Positions 10,431 through 19,643 of a stretch of 64,000 nt of DNA are shown one piece after another. The stretch is taken from contig CAVXRD010000003.1 in the NCBI GenBank assembly GCA_963764165.1, positions 352,001 to 416,000 of the forward strand, given 5' to 3'. Below the pieces are notes generated by a model. That model saw nothing but the letters and a program-made list of their open reading frames with translations, searched no databases and had not been told where the DNA came from. The stretch's first letter is position 1. Each line of letters opens with the position of its first letter. The DNA comes from an uncultured Verrucomicrobiae bacterium. GTDB lineage: Bacteria > Verrucomicrobiota > Verrucomicrobiia > Limisphaerales > Palsa-1400. The position numbers and the translations under genes were made by a program.

Positions 10431-12092
10431 TTACAACTGCGCTTGCGTGAGCTTTTTCACGCCGCGAACGCTATCGGCGAAATCATGCGTGAAATCACGC
10501 AGCGCCTCCGCGTGGTCCGAGGCAAAACTCTGGCGATAAACGCTTTCAACTCCGGCGATCACATCCTCAGGCCGCACGCCTTCAGTTGGCACGGGCTTTG
10601 AAAGCTCTCGCTCCAACGCCAGCCGTTTAGCTTCTTCCACAATGACCGGAATCATCGCCCCGCTGACAATATTCTCCAGCGTAAAACGGACGGTCGTGTT
10701 CGCGCCCGCCGCTCCTTCGCGCTCGATTTCGTAAATGACACGTTTCGCGGAAAACAGCTCCTCGGCGAAGATGTCTCCCAGCTTTTCGAGCGTCACCGTT
10801 TCCGAAACAGGAACATTCTTCATGTTCTTCAAAAAAATTTCGCGAGCGGCTTTTCGATCTGGACGGCTGATGCGCAATTTCACATCGATGCGGCCCTCCC
10901 GCACGGCGGCATAATCCAAAGACTCCGGCTTGTTGGTCGCCAATATAACCAAAGCGCCCGATTGGCGCACGCCCTGCATTTCCGCGAGGAAGGCGGGAAC
11001 GATTGTGCGCAACACGTCGCTGCTGATGCCGGAATCGCGCTTCGCGAGAATAGATTCGGCCTCGTCCAAAAATATGACCGGACGAATGCCGGTCTTCTCG
11101 AAAAACTTGCGCGCTCGGGCAAAAAGATGCCGGATGGTGGCTTCTGGAACTCCGACATATTTGTCCAAAATCTCGGGCCCGGAAACCAGGATGAAACCCT
11201 GTGATGCTTTTGCTCCTTTGGCGCTGCAGGTTGCGGTAATGGACGTATAGATGGCTTTTCCAAACATGGTCTTGCTGCATCCCGGCGGACCATAAAGCAA
11301 AACGCCCGACGGCGGTTTTTTCCCGAAAAACTTGTAATGCTCCGGATGCAGCATCGGTTTTTCCAAGGCATCCATGAAGCGGTTCTTCGCTTCTTCCTGG
11401 CCGCAAATGTCGTCCCACGAAACTTGAGTGGCCTCGTCAACCGAGAACGAATCATCCTCGAGGCCGAAGTTCCCGACGATCACCGTCGCGCTGGCATCGA
11501 GCACCACTCTGCCGCTGGGTTCGAGTTTGCCGGCGAATTTCCCGGCATAGACTGTCTTCCGGTTGCCTTGAAAATCCACCAATGCCATATCGCCGTCGAG
11601 CGCCTGGGCTACGAACGCAATGCTGCCGGAGGCGGCTCCCTTCTCGACGTCCACCACCGAAAGCGGGTCGCGCGAGAGTTTGAGATGGTCGCCCGGCTCG
11701 ACGGAAAATCCGTCAACCAAAAACTCCAAGAGCTGGCCGCCATAAATGGCAACGGCCAGTTTCTCCAATTCCTCGCCAGCCAATTCCAAATCGCAAGCGC
11801 CATCTTGGATGCCGGGCAAGCCAATCCGATAACGGTTCTTGTAGCCACCCGGAAATAAAACATAAGCCCATCCCGGCTCGTCCTGCTTTGCGCCGATGAC
11901 TTCGCCCGTCCCGCTCGCTTCGGGATTCAAGCCGAAATACTTGCTGTCCTTTCGAACCTTGACCAAGGTCCCCTTGCATCCCAGCCGGTCAGGCGACGGA
12001 AGCGGTTTGCGCGTCAACACTCGGATGACGGTCGCAAGGCCAAGCGGATAAATGGTCTTTGCCGCGCCCAATTCAGATGGAGTTGTTGTCAT
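10431..12092 (-). CDS. ARC/Mpa-like (proteasome-type) AAA+ ATPase, 553 aa
   Basis: VSWDDICG..KPPSGVLLYGPPGCSKT, GPEILDKYVG pore loop, IFLDE Walker B, RDSGISSDV, REGRIDVK and SGAMI, all ARC-like. Start ATG at 12092 has a GGAG Shine-Dalgarno; the track start at 12251 overlaps the upstream gene. Confidence 0.88.
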   Translation of the reverse strand: MTTTPSELGAAKTIYPLGLATVIRVLTRKPLPSPDRLGCKGTLVKVRKDSKYFGLNPEASGTGEVIGAKQDEPGWAYVLFPGGYKNRYRIGLPGIQDGACDLELAGEELEKLAVAIYGGQLLEFLVDGFSVEPGDHLKLSRDPLSVVDVEKGAASGSIAFVAQALDGDMALVDFQGNRKTVYAGKFAGKLEPSGRVVLDASATVIVGNFGLEDDSFSVDEATQVSWDDICGQEEAKNRFMDALEKPMLHPEHYKFFGKKPPSGVLLYGPPGCSKTMFGKAIYTSITATCSAKGAKASQGFILVSGPEILDKYVGVPEATIRHLFARARKFFEKTGIRPVIFLDEAESILAKRDSGISSDVLRTIVPAFLAEMQGVRQSGALVILATNKPESLDYAAVREGRIDVKLRISRPDRKAAREIFLKNMKNVPVSETVTLEKLGDIFAEELFSAKRVIYEIEREGAAGANTTVRFTLENIVSGAMIPVIVEEAKRLALERELSKPVPTEGVRPEDVIAGVESVYRQSFASDHAEALRDFTHDFADSVRGVKKLTQAQL

Positions 12093-12108
12093 GGTTTCTC
12101 CTATCCCG

Positions 12109-13698
12109 TCAAAATGTCTCCGAGAGCAGCGATACCTCAACGCGCGGCAAACGATAGGTTTGGTAGGCGCGCTCACTTTCGCCGGGCAGCATTGGCAGCG
12201 GCCTGGTTCCGCCGTAGCCGACCGAACGAATTCGATTTGTGTCAATCGCATATGTGATCGTTAGATATCGAACGACCGCATCGGCGCGTTCCTGCGAGAG
12301 CGCAAGGTTTGCATCAGCGTCGCCGAGAAAAGAGGTGTGGCCTTCGACCAGAATTCGAAATGTCGGATAATGCTTGAGGCGCGAAACCATCGCATCGAGC
12401 TTTTCCTTCTCCGAAACCTCAAGCTCGCCGACCCCGCTTTGAAATAGGATGGGTTCGATATTCAGGCTGCCCACCGAATGCAATTTCGCCCACTGCGCAT
12501 CGGTCAGCGGCTTGAACGGTTTGCTCAGGCCATCGCCGCCTTCCATCGCCTTTGACGCAGTGCCTGTCAGCGCGGAAAAACCGTTCCGGATGCCGGTATT
12601 GTAGATTTGCTGAACGAAACTGCTGTTCACGATTCGGTATGGATCTTTGTCGGGTAGCGGATCCGATTTGAAATCCCCGCTCTGAACCAAAATCTCAACA
12701 GTTGACTGAATCGTGTCAATCAACCCCTGCTCCGCCATCTGGCCCGGCCCGCTGATTCCAAACCACTCCTGGCAATTCTCGCTCAGATTGGCCCAAGCCA
12801 CGCCGTTCAACATCTTCTTCACCGAGTCGGCGGGCAGTTTCAGTTCGGAGTGAATGTCCTTCTCAAGCTCGTCGGAATTGTCCGCGTAGAATTTCAGCGT
12901 CCGAAAGTAGGTTTTCAAAAACAAATCCACTTTTTCAGGATTCTTAAGCGCGAATTGGCGGTTGACCACGAGAATGTCCACAATCAGACGGCTGGTGCTT
13001 TCTGTTCCCAGGATTTTGACCACGCCCGGAATTTCAAGAGCCTTCGATACGTTGGGTTCCCAGAGAATCGCGACTGAGACCTTTTTCTCCTGCAGAAACT
13101 TGAGCGCTTCCTGCGAATCCTTTGTCTCGATTCGCTTGTTGGCGCTGATCTCCTTCAATCCTGGAACATTGAAATGCGAACTGATGGATTTCAAAAGATG
13201 CTGGCTGGGCGAAGCCGGAGTGTAAGCGATCTTCGGCATTGTGTGGCTGTCGAAGGTCTTGAACGACTCAAGGCTGGAAACAACATTGCTGTAGGCGACC
13301 ATCGCATCGCCGCCTTTGGATTCATCCACGATGGCCACAATTGTTCCGGGAAAATCAACCGGCGCGGCGTTGAGGATGTAAGAATCGACCGTTACCACGG
13401 CAAAATCCAAATCGCCATCCCGCAGCTTCTTCATCCGCGCGGGATAATCGCCGCCGTCGTTGGAAATATCGAGGCGATAGCCCTCGTTGCGCATCGCCTT
13501 TTTCATGCGGCCAGAACTGAGCGGGTAATATCCAATCCAGTCGTCAATCGCGACGGTTACTTTCCCTTTCAGATCCTTGTCATCGCTGGTTTGGATCTGC
13601 ATGCGGTTCTTCAAGACCGGGATCATCTTCTTGGCCACGTACAAGCCGGGGAGAATGAGCACCAGAAACAGAAGAACGAGAATGGGCGTTTTTTTCAT
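12109..13698 (-). CDS. Periplasmic binding protein (NMT1/PBP-II) fused to a C-terminal OmpA-like peptidoglycan-binding domain
   Basis: N-terminal TM anchor; DDWIGY, DESKGGDA and WEP motifs; OmpA motif ILVEGHT..NLALSQERADAVVRYL..GYG. Confidence 0.88.
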   Translation of the reverse strand: MKKTPILVLLFLVLILPGLYVAKKMIPVLKNRMQIQTSDDKDLKGKVTVAIDDWIGYYPLSSGRMKKAMRNEGYRLDISNDGGDYPARMKKLRDGDLDFAVVTVDSYILNAAPVDFPGTIVAIVDESKGGDAMVAYSNVVSSLESFKTFDSHTMPKIAYTPASPSQHLLKSISSHFNVPGLKEISANKRIETKDSQEALKFLQEKKVSVAILWEPNVSKALEIPGVVKILGTESTSRLIVDILVVNRQFALKNPEKVDLFLKTYFRTLKFYADNSDELEKDIHSELKLPADSVKKMLNGVAWANLSENCQEWFGISGPGQMAEQGLIDTIQSTVEILVQSGDFKSDPLPDKDPYRIVNSSFVQQIYNTGIRNGFSALTGTASKAMEGGDGLSKPFKPLTDAQWAKLHSVGSLNIEPILFQSGVGELEVSEKEKLDAMVSRLKHYPTFRILVEGHTSFLGDADANLALSQERADAVVRYLTITYAIDTNRIRSVGYGGTRPLPMLPGESERAYQTYRLPRVEVSLLSETF

Positions 13699-13716
13699 GT
13701 TGATCCTCGCGTCAGA

Positions 13717-14628
13717 TCAGCCGGCAATCTCCATATCAAAGCCAAGAATGCTTCGATGGCCATAATCAGGCGGGACTGCCGGATTTTCACGAATTTGAGT
13801 GACGTAGTGCCAGAGGCCCTTGTCCGATTGAAAAATCCCCTCCCCTTCCGCCAAGGTGCGGCGGACGTATTCCGTCTTCTTGTCTGGACCGTAAACGATG
13901 CTTTCTCCCCCGAGAATTCCCGCGCGCTCGATCACGAGGGCGGACACAATATAATCGGCGCCATCCTGGTGAATTCCCTCGGGCGCGTTATCGCCGCCGG
14001 AAAGAATGTCTGCAAAGATGAACATTTGATGGACGCTCATGCGCAGCTTTGCGCAACTGGGGTGGCGCTCGCGAACCATCTCGGCAAAGCATCCCATCAA
14101 ATGGCGCACTTGTGGATGCTCAGCGACCATCGCTTCCATTTCGTGAAAGACGCGCACAAGGCGTCGCGGATCATTCGCCCCGACGTTTTGTTGGTATTGC
14201 GCCGCCGGAACGCGCTCAAAACTCCACTTGCCCGCCGCCCGCATCAGATTGAAGCGAGCCACGGAGCGCTTGCGCCGACCGGTCATGCCGATACGGTCCA
14301 GTTCATTGCGATCCGTGTCGTCTAGTTGTTTTACTAGATCGTAGATGGCCGCAAGGTCTTCCTTGTTTGAATAATAATTGCGCAGAAATTCGCTGAGCCG
14401 ATCCGATTGCTCAGGAAATCGCTTTTTGAGAAGTTCTACTTTCGCCCGTTTCGCATCGTAAGGATCGAGATGCAATACGGAAAAAGTCGGGCGCATGTCG
14501 CACAAAAAGCTTTCCCGATCCACTCCAAACGTCTCGAGCGAGAAAACCCGCACCGGCGGAATTTCCGTCCCGAATTTTCGGGATAGCTCGGTTTCGTTGA
14601 TGATGAATTTGTTCACGGTGGCTTTCAA
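13717..14628 (-). CDS. 2OG-Fe(II) dioxygenase family protein (2OG-Fe_Oxy_2-like)
   Basis: APEGIHQDGADY (HxD), distal His in LWHYVT and the 2OG-binding Arg in HRSILG. TTG start overlaps the vWA stop (TTGA). Confidence 0.85.
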   Translation of the reverse strand: MKATVNKFIINETELSRKFGTEIPPVRVFSLETFGVDRESFLCDMRPTFSVLHLDPYDAKRAKVELLKKRFPEQSDRLSEFLRNYYSNKEDLAAIYDLVKQLDDTDRNELDRIGMTGRRKRSVARFNLMRAAGKWSFERVPAAQYQQNVGANDPRRLVRVFHEMEAMVAEHPQVRHLMGCFAEMVRERHPSCAKLRMSVHQMFIFADILSGGDNAPEGIHQDGADYIVSALVIERAGILGGESIVYGPDKKTEYVRRTLAEGEGIFQSDKGLWHYVTQIRENPAVPPDYGHRSILGFDMEIAG

Positions 14629-15401
14629 TGCGCGTCCGGTTTGGCGCTGAACTCCGATTCAGCCAGGACGCTTTCAAGCCCCTGGTTGAGCTCCTGAAGG
14701 CTGGTGGCGTCGTGGTAAAGCGTCAGCCCGGGCCGGTTTAAGCTGTGGCCTTCGCCGATGCAGAAGCCAATCGTGCTGATCAACACCGGCGAATCGGAGA
14801 CGATCTTATTGACAATCTCGCGAGGATCGTCTCCCCGGTCAGCCTCGCCATCGGTCACAATCACCAGATAATATTCGCCGTAACCAAGCTGGCGCCTGGC
14901 CTGTTTTTGCAGAAGCGAATAGCCCAGCTTCACAGCCCTGCCCAGCGGCGTGTTGCTGTCCGAACGAACCGCCTGCAACGCTTGATTGAAAGCAGCGCGA
15001 TTAAGCGAAAGCGGCGCGCGTTCCGTCACACCCGCGCTGTCAAAGGCGCACAGCCCCAAGTTGTCGTCCGGCCTGATTTTGGTGGCGAAGGAGGCAATGG
15101 CCTGCTTGGCCGCCACGATCTTTGACAAATTCCCGGAACAATGGGACTCCGACATGGAGCCGGATCCGTCAAGCACAATCAGGAAGTTGCGGCGAGTCAG
15201 CAGCGCATCCAGGTCTTTCGCGGGGTCGCTTCCGTACCACGAGCGATTGTTGAAACCGCGAACCTCTTTCGGATCATCCAATACGGTCGTGACAATTTGC
15301 GGCCGCGGCGCGGACGGCGATCGATGGGGCCGCTGATTTCTCATGGAAATGTAGACCGCGACCAGAATGAAAACGAAAATGAGCCTTGCGAAAAATTTCA
15401 T
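14625..15401 (-). CDS. Membrane-anchored von Willebrand factor A (vWA) domain protein
   Basis: Intact MIDAS: LDGSGSM..NTPLG..IVTDG; N-terminal TM helix. ATG at 15401 overlaps the upstream stop (ATGA). Confidence 0.9.
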   Translation of the reverse strand: MKFFARLIFVFILVAVYISMRNQRPHRSPSAPRPQIVTTVLDDPKEVRGFNNRSWYGSDPAKDLDALLTRRNFLIVLDGSGSMSESHCSGNLSKIVAAKQAIASFATKIRPDDNLGLCAFDSAGVTERAPLSLNRAAFNQALQAVRSDSNTPLGRAVKLGYSLLQKQARRQLGYGEYYLVIVTDGEADRGDDPREIVNKIVSDSPVLISTIGFCIGEGHSLNRPGLTLYHDATSLQELNQGLESVLAESEFSAKPDAH

Positions 15402-17140
15402 TTGGCACCTCCATCCGGGGTCCACACTGATTCCGCCTCAACGTTGACGATGCGAAGTTCGCATCGCATGTTCGAATAAGCCGCCTCTTTGCTGGTGGGC
15501 CGGATTGGCTCGCCATCCGATGTCGTGCCGGTCTTGGGATCACTTATGCCGTGGCCCATCGTCGTGAACTGCGACGGGTCCAGCGCCACGCCTTTGGATT
15601 TGGCATAGTTGACAATCGCTTCCCGCACTTGCACCGCGCGATTCAGCGATGTGTTGTTGGCGGATTGCTTGATGCGCGAAAGAACCAGGGTGGGCTGCCC
15701 CTTGCTCTTGGCATCGCAGTATCCTGTCGGATCCGCGTAGCCTTCCACCGTGATGATCGCGCCGGCATAGATGGCAGCGCGCTTGATTACCTCGTCGAAT
15801 TGCGTGGCATAGGCCTCAGGGGCAAAGGTCGCCTGGTTCGGCTTGAAAAAGACCTCGAATTCGAAGAGTTGATTGTCCTTGAGAGTGCCTTGCTCGGAAC
15901 GCTGCGCCATGACTTTCGCCACTTCGCCGCTCTGAAATTTTGGAACCTCGCTGGCTACGATCTGCGTCAAACCCGATTTCAACGCATCGTAATCCAATCC
16001 CGCGGTATCCACCGCGACCTTCGATCCAATAAGCCCCAGGCCCACCAGCCCGCCCTGAATCTCATCCTGCAGGACAGCGAAACGGCGCGGAAATGTTGGG
16101 CTGGTGAACGTGTTGACGTTTCCAACAAAGCCGACGTATTCGCAATCCCCATAAAGGCCTTTCGCGTCCGCGACAGCCTGCGGGCTGTCAAGCAGAATGG
16201 TGGCAGCGGCGGTCATCAATTTGTTGTAATCCGCTTTTTGCGTCACGCTGTCGCGCATGAGCACCGCCAGTTTTTCCTGCGCCATGAGCAGGGCGTGCGC
16301 GAAGTTGATCACTTCAGCCTTGTGGGCCTGGAAGTAATCGCTGCGAACCGCGTAGACGTCGACAATAATGCGGCTGGCCGTTTTTGTTGACATCAAAATA
16401 TGCGCGCCTTTCACTGATTTTTCCGCGCCCGTTCCAACGCCGCTGTTGCTGGTGATCTCGGCCGCGTCGGGGCTGATCATGAACGCCGCGTCCACTGATG
16501 GGTCGGTGCGCATCGCGCCAGCCGGCGTGTCGTCCGTTCCGGTGAGATCCTTGACCCACTTAATCTTGACGTCGGTCAGCGCGATATTGGCGTCCGCCAG
16601 CACGCGGGTCAAATAATCCACATGCGGGCCGTAAGCCTGCAAAACGATGGTCTTTCCTTTGAGATCAGCCGGGGTCTTGATGCTGGATTTGACCACCAGC
16701 ACGTCGCCTCCAACCGAATAGGTAAGCTGCCCGATAACCACCGGTTTCACGCGCGGATCCTGCAGGGCTTCGATGGCCTGGTTCAACATGCCAAGCGTGC
16801 ATCGAAGATAGGCGGAATCACCGCGAATATAGGCCGCGATTTGCTTGGTGAAGTCATCCTCACGCTTGAGGCTGAACTTCAACCCTTGCGCGTCGAAGAC
16901 GCTGCCACTGGCCGTGTTCACCGCGCTGCCGTTGGCCAGGATGGTGGCAATGTCCCCGCCCCACGTAATGATGGGAAGCTGCATCGCGCCGCCTTCGCGC
17001 ACCGGCACGACCCCCTGCTTGATGACCTTCGCGAGCGGAGGCGAGTCGATGTATTTTACAGTTGCCGCCAGAGCCGAGAAGGCAGCCAAGCTGGGGAAGA
17101 TCACCGCAATCGCCAAGCTTGTCAGGGATTTTGTTTTCAT
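15398..17140 (-). CDS. ABC-type substrate-binding protein (NMT1-like) with C-terminal OmpA-like domain
   Basis: Signal peptide MKTKSL..ALA; TYSVGGDVLVVK..DLKGKTI; OmpA-like VFFKPNQ..ITVEGYAD..SLNRAVQVREAI..GHG. Confidence 0.85.
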   Translation of the reverse strand: MKTKSLTSLAIAVIFPSLAAFSALAATVKYIDSPPLAKVIKQGVVPVREGGAMQLPIITWGGDIATILANGSAVNTASGSVFDAQGLKFSLKREDDFTKQIAAYIRGDSAYLRCTLGMLNQAIEALQDPRVKPVVIGQLTYSVGGDVLVVKSSIKTPADLKGKTIVLQAYGPHVDYLTRVLADANIALTDVKIKWVKDLTGTDDTPAGAMRTDPSVDAAFMISPDAAEITSNSGVGTGAEKSVKGAHILMSTKTASRIIVDVYAVRSDYFQAHKAEVINFAHALLMAQEKLAVLMRDSVTQKADYNKLMTAAATILLDSPQAVADAKGLYGDCEYVGFVGNVNTFTSPTFPRRFAVLQDEIQGGLVGLGLIGSKVAVDTAGLDYDALKSGLTQIVASEVPKFQSGEVAKVMAQRSEQGTLKDNQLFEFEVFFKPNQATFAPEAYATQFDEVIKRAAIYAGAIITVEGYADPTGYCDAKSKGQPTLVLSRIKQSANNTSLNRAVQVREAIVNYAKSKGVALDPSQFTTMGHGISDPKTGTTSDGEPIRPTSKEAAYSNMRCELRIVNVEAESVWTPDGGAK

Positions 17141-17259
17141 AATAAATGCAATTCCGTTTGGACTGGAGTTTTCTCCAATCGCGCCCGGTTTCATCCCCGG
17201 GCATCCTGCCATTGTATACCGTCCGCTCCGAATCTACCTGAATTGACGGGCGGGGCAGC

Positions 17260-17294
17260 TACAAAACGCACACCTGTTTTGTAATGGGTGTGCG
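17260..17294. promoter_or_regulatory. Candidate operator upstream of the TelA operon
   Basis: Perfect inverted repeat TACAAAAC-N8-GTTTTGTA (17260-17283) interlocked with CGCACACC/GGTGTGCG (17267-17294). A minus-strand TACAAT -10-like hexamer lies at about 17211-17216. Confidence 0.4.
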
Positions 17295-17435
17295 GCAGAA
17301 TTCTTCACCAGCCCCGATCTGCTGGGCTAAGAGGAAAGGCCAGAGGCCTGGTTTATGAAGTTTTGGGGGAATTCCGCCTGCTTGCGGCAATGCAAAATCG
17401 GCGGCTAAAACTCGTTTCCTCAAATAGGGCGAGTT

Positions 17436-18329
17436 CTAGTTTTTTGAGCCGCTGGCGAGGAGCCGCTGCAACTGCCGCGCGTTCTTAATCGCATGCGCCT
17501 CGCGGTCGTTATTGAAATACGCCCATACGCGCCTTGCGCCGCTTTCTTTTATTCTTCTGGCCCACTCAGCAAGCTCCTCACGCGCATAATCATGCCGATA
17601 CCAGCGTTTGGATCCGTGAAAGCGGACATAAATGTCATCGGCGGTTTTGACAAGAGCGCTTGGAAGCCTGGGTGCGCTGCACGAACAGAAAATGGTGCCT
17701 GTTTTTCTGAAAGTGGCATAAACCTTTTTGTTCCACCAGCTTGGATCGCGAAATTCAACAACGTTCCGCCGTGAATGGTCCAATTGGCCGGCAATCAATT
17801 TGAGACGGGCCGGTGTATAATGAAAGCTCGGCGGAAGTTGGAAAAGAAAGCAGCCCAAATGCGAACCGAGAATCTCGGCAATATATCCGAAATCGCGTAT
17901 GAGCACCCTGGTTCCACGGAACTTTTTCACATGGGTGATGAGTTCGCATACTTTGACTGTGTAAACGAACTTTTTTCTTCCAATTTGTTTTATCCAGGAT
18001 TTGACAGTGGCCACTGTCGGCCAGGAATAAAATGGAGCGTTTAATTCCACTGTCTTAAATCGGCTTGCGTAATATTTGAACCATTGACTGACGGGCGCTT
18101 GGCTGGGATAAAAAGCGCCTCGCCAGTGCCAGTAAAACCAACCCGAACAGCCTACGTGGCATTGCCTCTTGGAAAAATCGCGCGCCGCAGATTCCACTCT
18201 CAGCCCGGAATATTCGGACGATATCCGCGCATGGTGCATCTTTGCGGCGCGGCCGGCATTTTGCTGCCGTTGCTTTTCCCGCCGGGCTTCCCGTTTTGCC
18301 CTCCACTCTGTCAGGGATTTATCTTTCAA
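17436..18329 (-). CDS. DUF72 domain-containing protein
   Basis: VGCSGW.Y.HW.G.FYP, TVELNAPFY, LFQLPPSF, VEFR..SW, YVRFHG and YFNND motifs. Confidence 0.93.
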   Translation of the reverse strand: MKDKSLTEWRAKREARREKQRQQNAGRAAKMHHARISSEYSGLRVESAARDFSKRQCHVGCSGWFYWHWRGAFYPSQAPVSQWFKYYASRFKTVELNAPFYSWPTVATVKSWIKQIGRKKFVYTVKVCELITHVKKFRGTRVLIRDFGYIAEILGSHLGCFLFQLPPSFHYTPARLKLIAGQLDHSRRNVVEFRDPSWWNKKVYATFRKTGTIFCSCSAPRLPSALVKTADDIYVRFHGSKRWYRHDYAREELAEWARRIKESGARRVWAYFNNDREAHAIKNARQLQRLLASGSKN

Positions 18330-18850
18330 GGGTTCCCCAAGATGCCTGCCAAAGCCGCGCGCGGCGATGGGGCCTTTTCCCAGTTTTGACGCGGATACCT
18401 TTCATTTAGCCTACGGTGATGGCCCTATTGGCATTCCGACTGGGTTGAGGACAAGGTGTGCTAATGCCACGCGTCTCAAAATAATCATGACAAGCGCGCC
18501 GCCATAAACCCATTATGTCCAAACACGCTATTATCGGCCTTGATATTGGGGGAACCAAAACTTTTGCGGTGCTCTTCGATGACAAATTCGCGGTGGTCGA
18601 CAAGCGCCGGTTTAAAACTGAGCCAGGCAGCGGCGACCGGGTTTTTGAGAGACGGCTCTCGCGGGCAATCGCGGAATTGGTGGAAACAGCGGCGGCGCGG
18701 AAAATGCGGGTCGGCGCCGCGGGAATTGGCTGCTCTGGCAGCGTTGATTTTGATTCGACCGAATTGCAGATTTCCCCTCACATCCCGTTCCTCAAAAATT
18801 TCAATCTGGCTCAAAAAATGCAGAAGTGGACTAGGGCCTGTTAACACTAA

Positions 18851-18879
18851 TTGACATTTTATAGGCGACAAGGCAAAAT
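18851..18879 (+). promoter_or_regulatory. Putative sigma70 promoter of the transposase
   Basis: TTGACA-N17-CAAAAT directly inside the left inverted repeat. Confidence 0.55.
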
Positions 18880-18885
18880 GGCTGG

Positions 18886-19643
18886 GTGGAGCTTACAGAG
18901 AGTCAATATCAGCGGGTTGCTGATTGTCTGCCGCGGCAGCGCGGCAACGTGAGCATGACCAATCTGCAACTTCTCAACGCCCTGCTCTATGTGGTGGAGC
19001 ATGGGTGCAAATGGCGCGGCCTGCCAAAACATTTTGGCAACTGGCATACGATCTACACCCGCATGAACCGCTGGAGCAAAGCGGGCGTGCTGGATCGAGT
19101 CTTCGCCCGGCTCCAGCAGGAGCAAATCCTGGCGATCCGGATCGAGCAAGTCTGCTTGGACAGCACGACGATCAAGGTTCACCCCGACGGCACCGGGGCG
19201 CTAAAAAAAACGGCCCACAGGCCATCGGGCGCTCCCGAGGCGGTTGCACCACCAAAATTCATCTGGTTGCCGCGAATGCCCAGTGCGCCTTAATGCTCAA
19301 GCTTTCCCCCGGCCAGGCGGGGGACGCGCCGCAAGGACGCGAGCTTTTGCAGGCGGGCGGGCCGGTTCCGGCAGGGCTTCCACTCATCATGGACAGCGCC
19401 TATGAAGGGGACGAGACTCTGCAACAGGCGCGGGAATTGGGCTACGCTCCAGTGGTTCCTCCTAACCCCCGACGCTTAAATCCGTGGGAGTATGACCAAA
19501 CCCTTTACCGACGCCGCAATGAGATTGAACGGCTTTTTCGCCGACTCAAAAGCTACCGCCGAGTCTTCAGTCGCTTCGACAAATTGGATGCGTTGTACTC
19601 CGGATTCGTCGTCCTCGCGCTCATCGTGGAGGCGTTACGTTAG
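18886..19643 (+). CDS. IS5-family transposase, OrfA/OrfB joined by a -1 frameshift (~252 aa)
   Basis: OrfA has GCKWRGLP..FGNWHTIY.R..RW and LDST. OrfB has GRSRGG.TTKIH, MDSAY and YRRRNEIERLF. The A8 run at 19203-19210 (A AAA AAC) links the two frames. Confidence 0.92.

Noticed and set aside
17141..17230. Guanidine-I (ykkC) riboswitch upstream of the operon, suggested by the hairpin GCCCGG-GGATGAAA-CCGGGC
   Set aside because: The conserved AGGGUUCCG and CUGGUCCGAGAG segments are absent; only a generic hairpin remains.
19203..19210. Transposase frameshift as an inactivating mutation
   Set aside because: A -1 shift at an A-rich slippery site between OrfA and OrfB is the normal expression mode for this IS5 subgroup.
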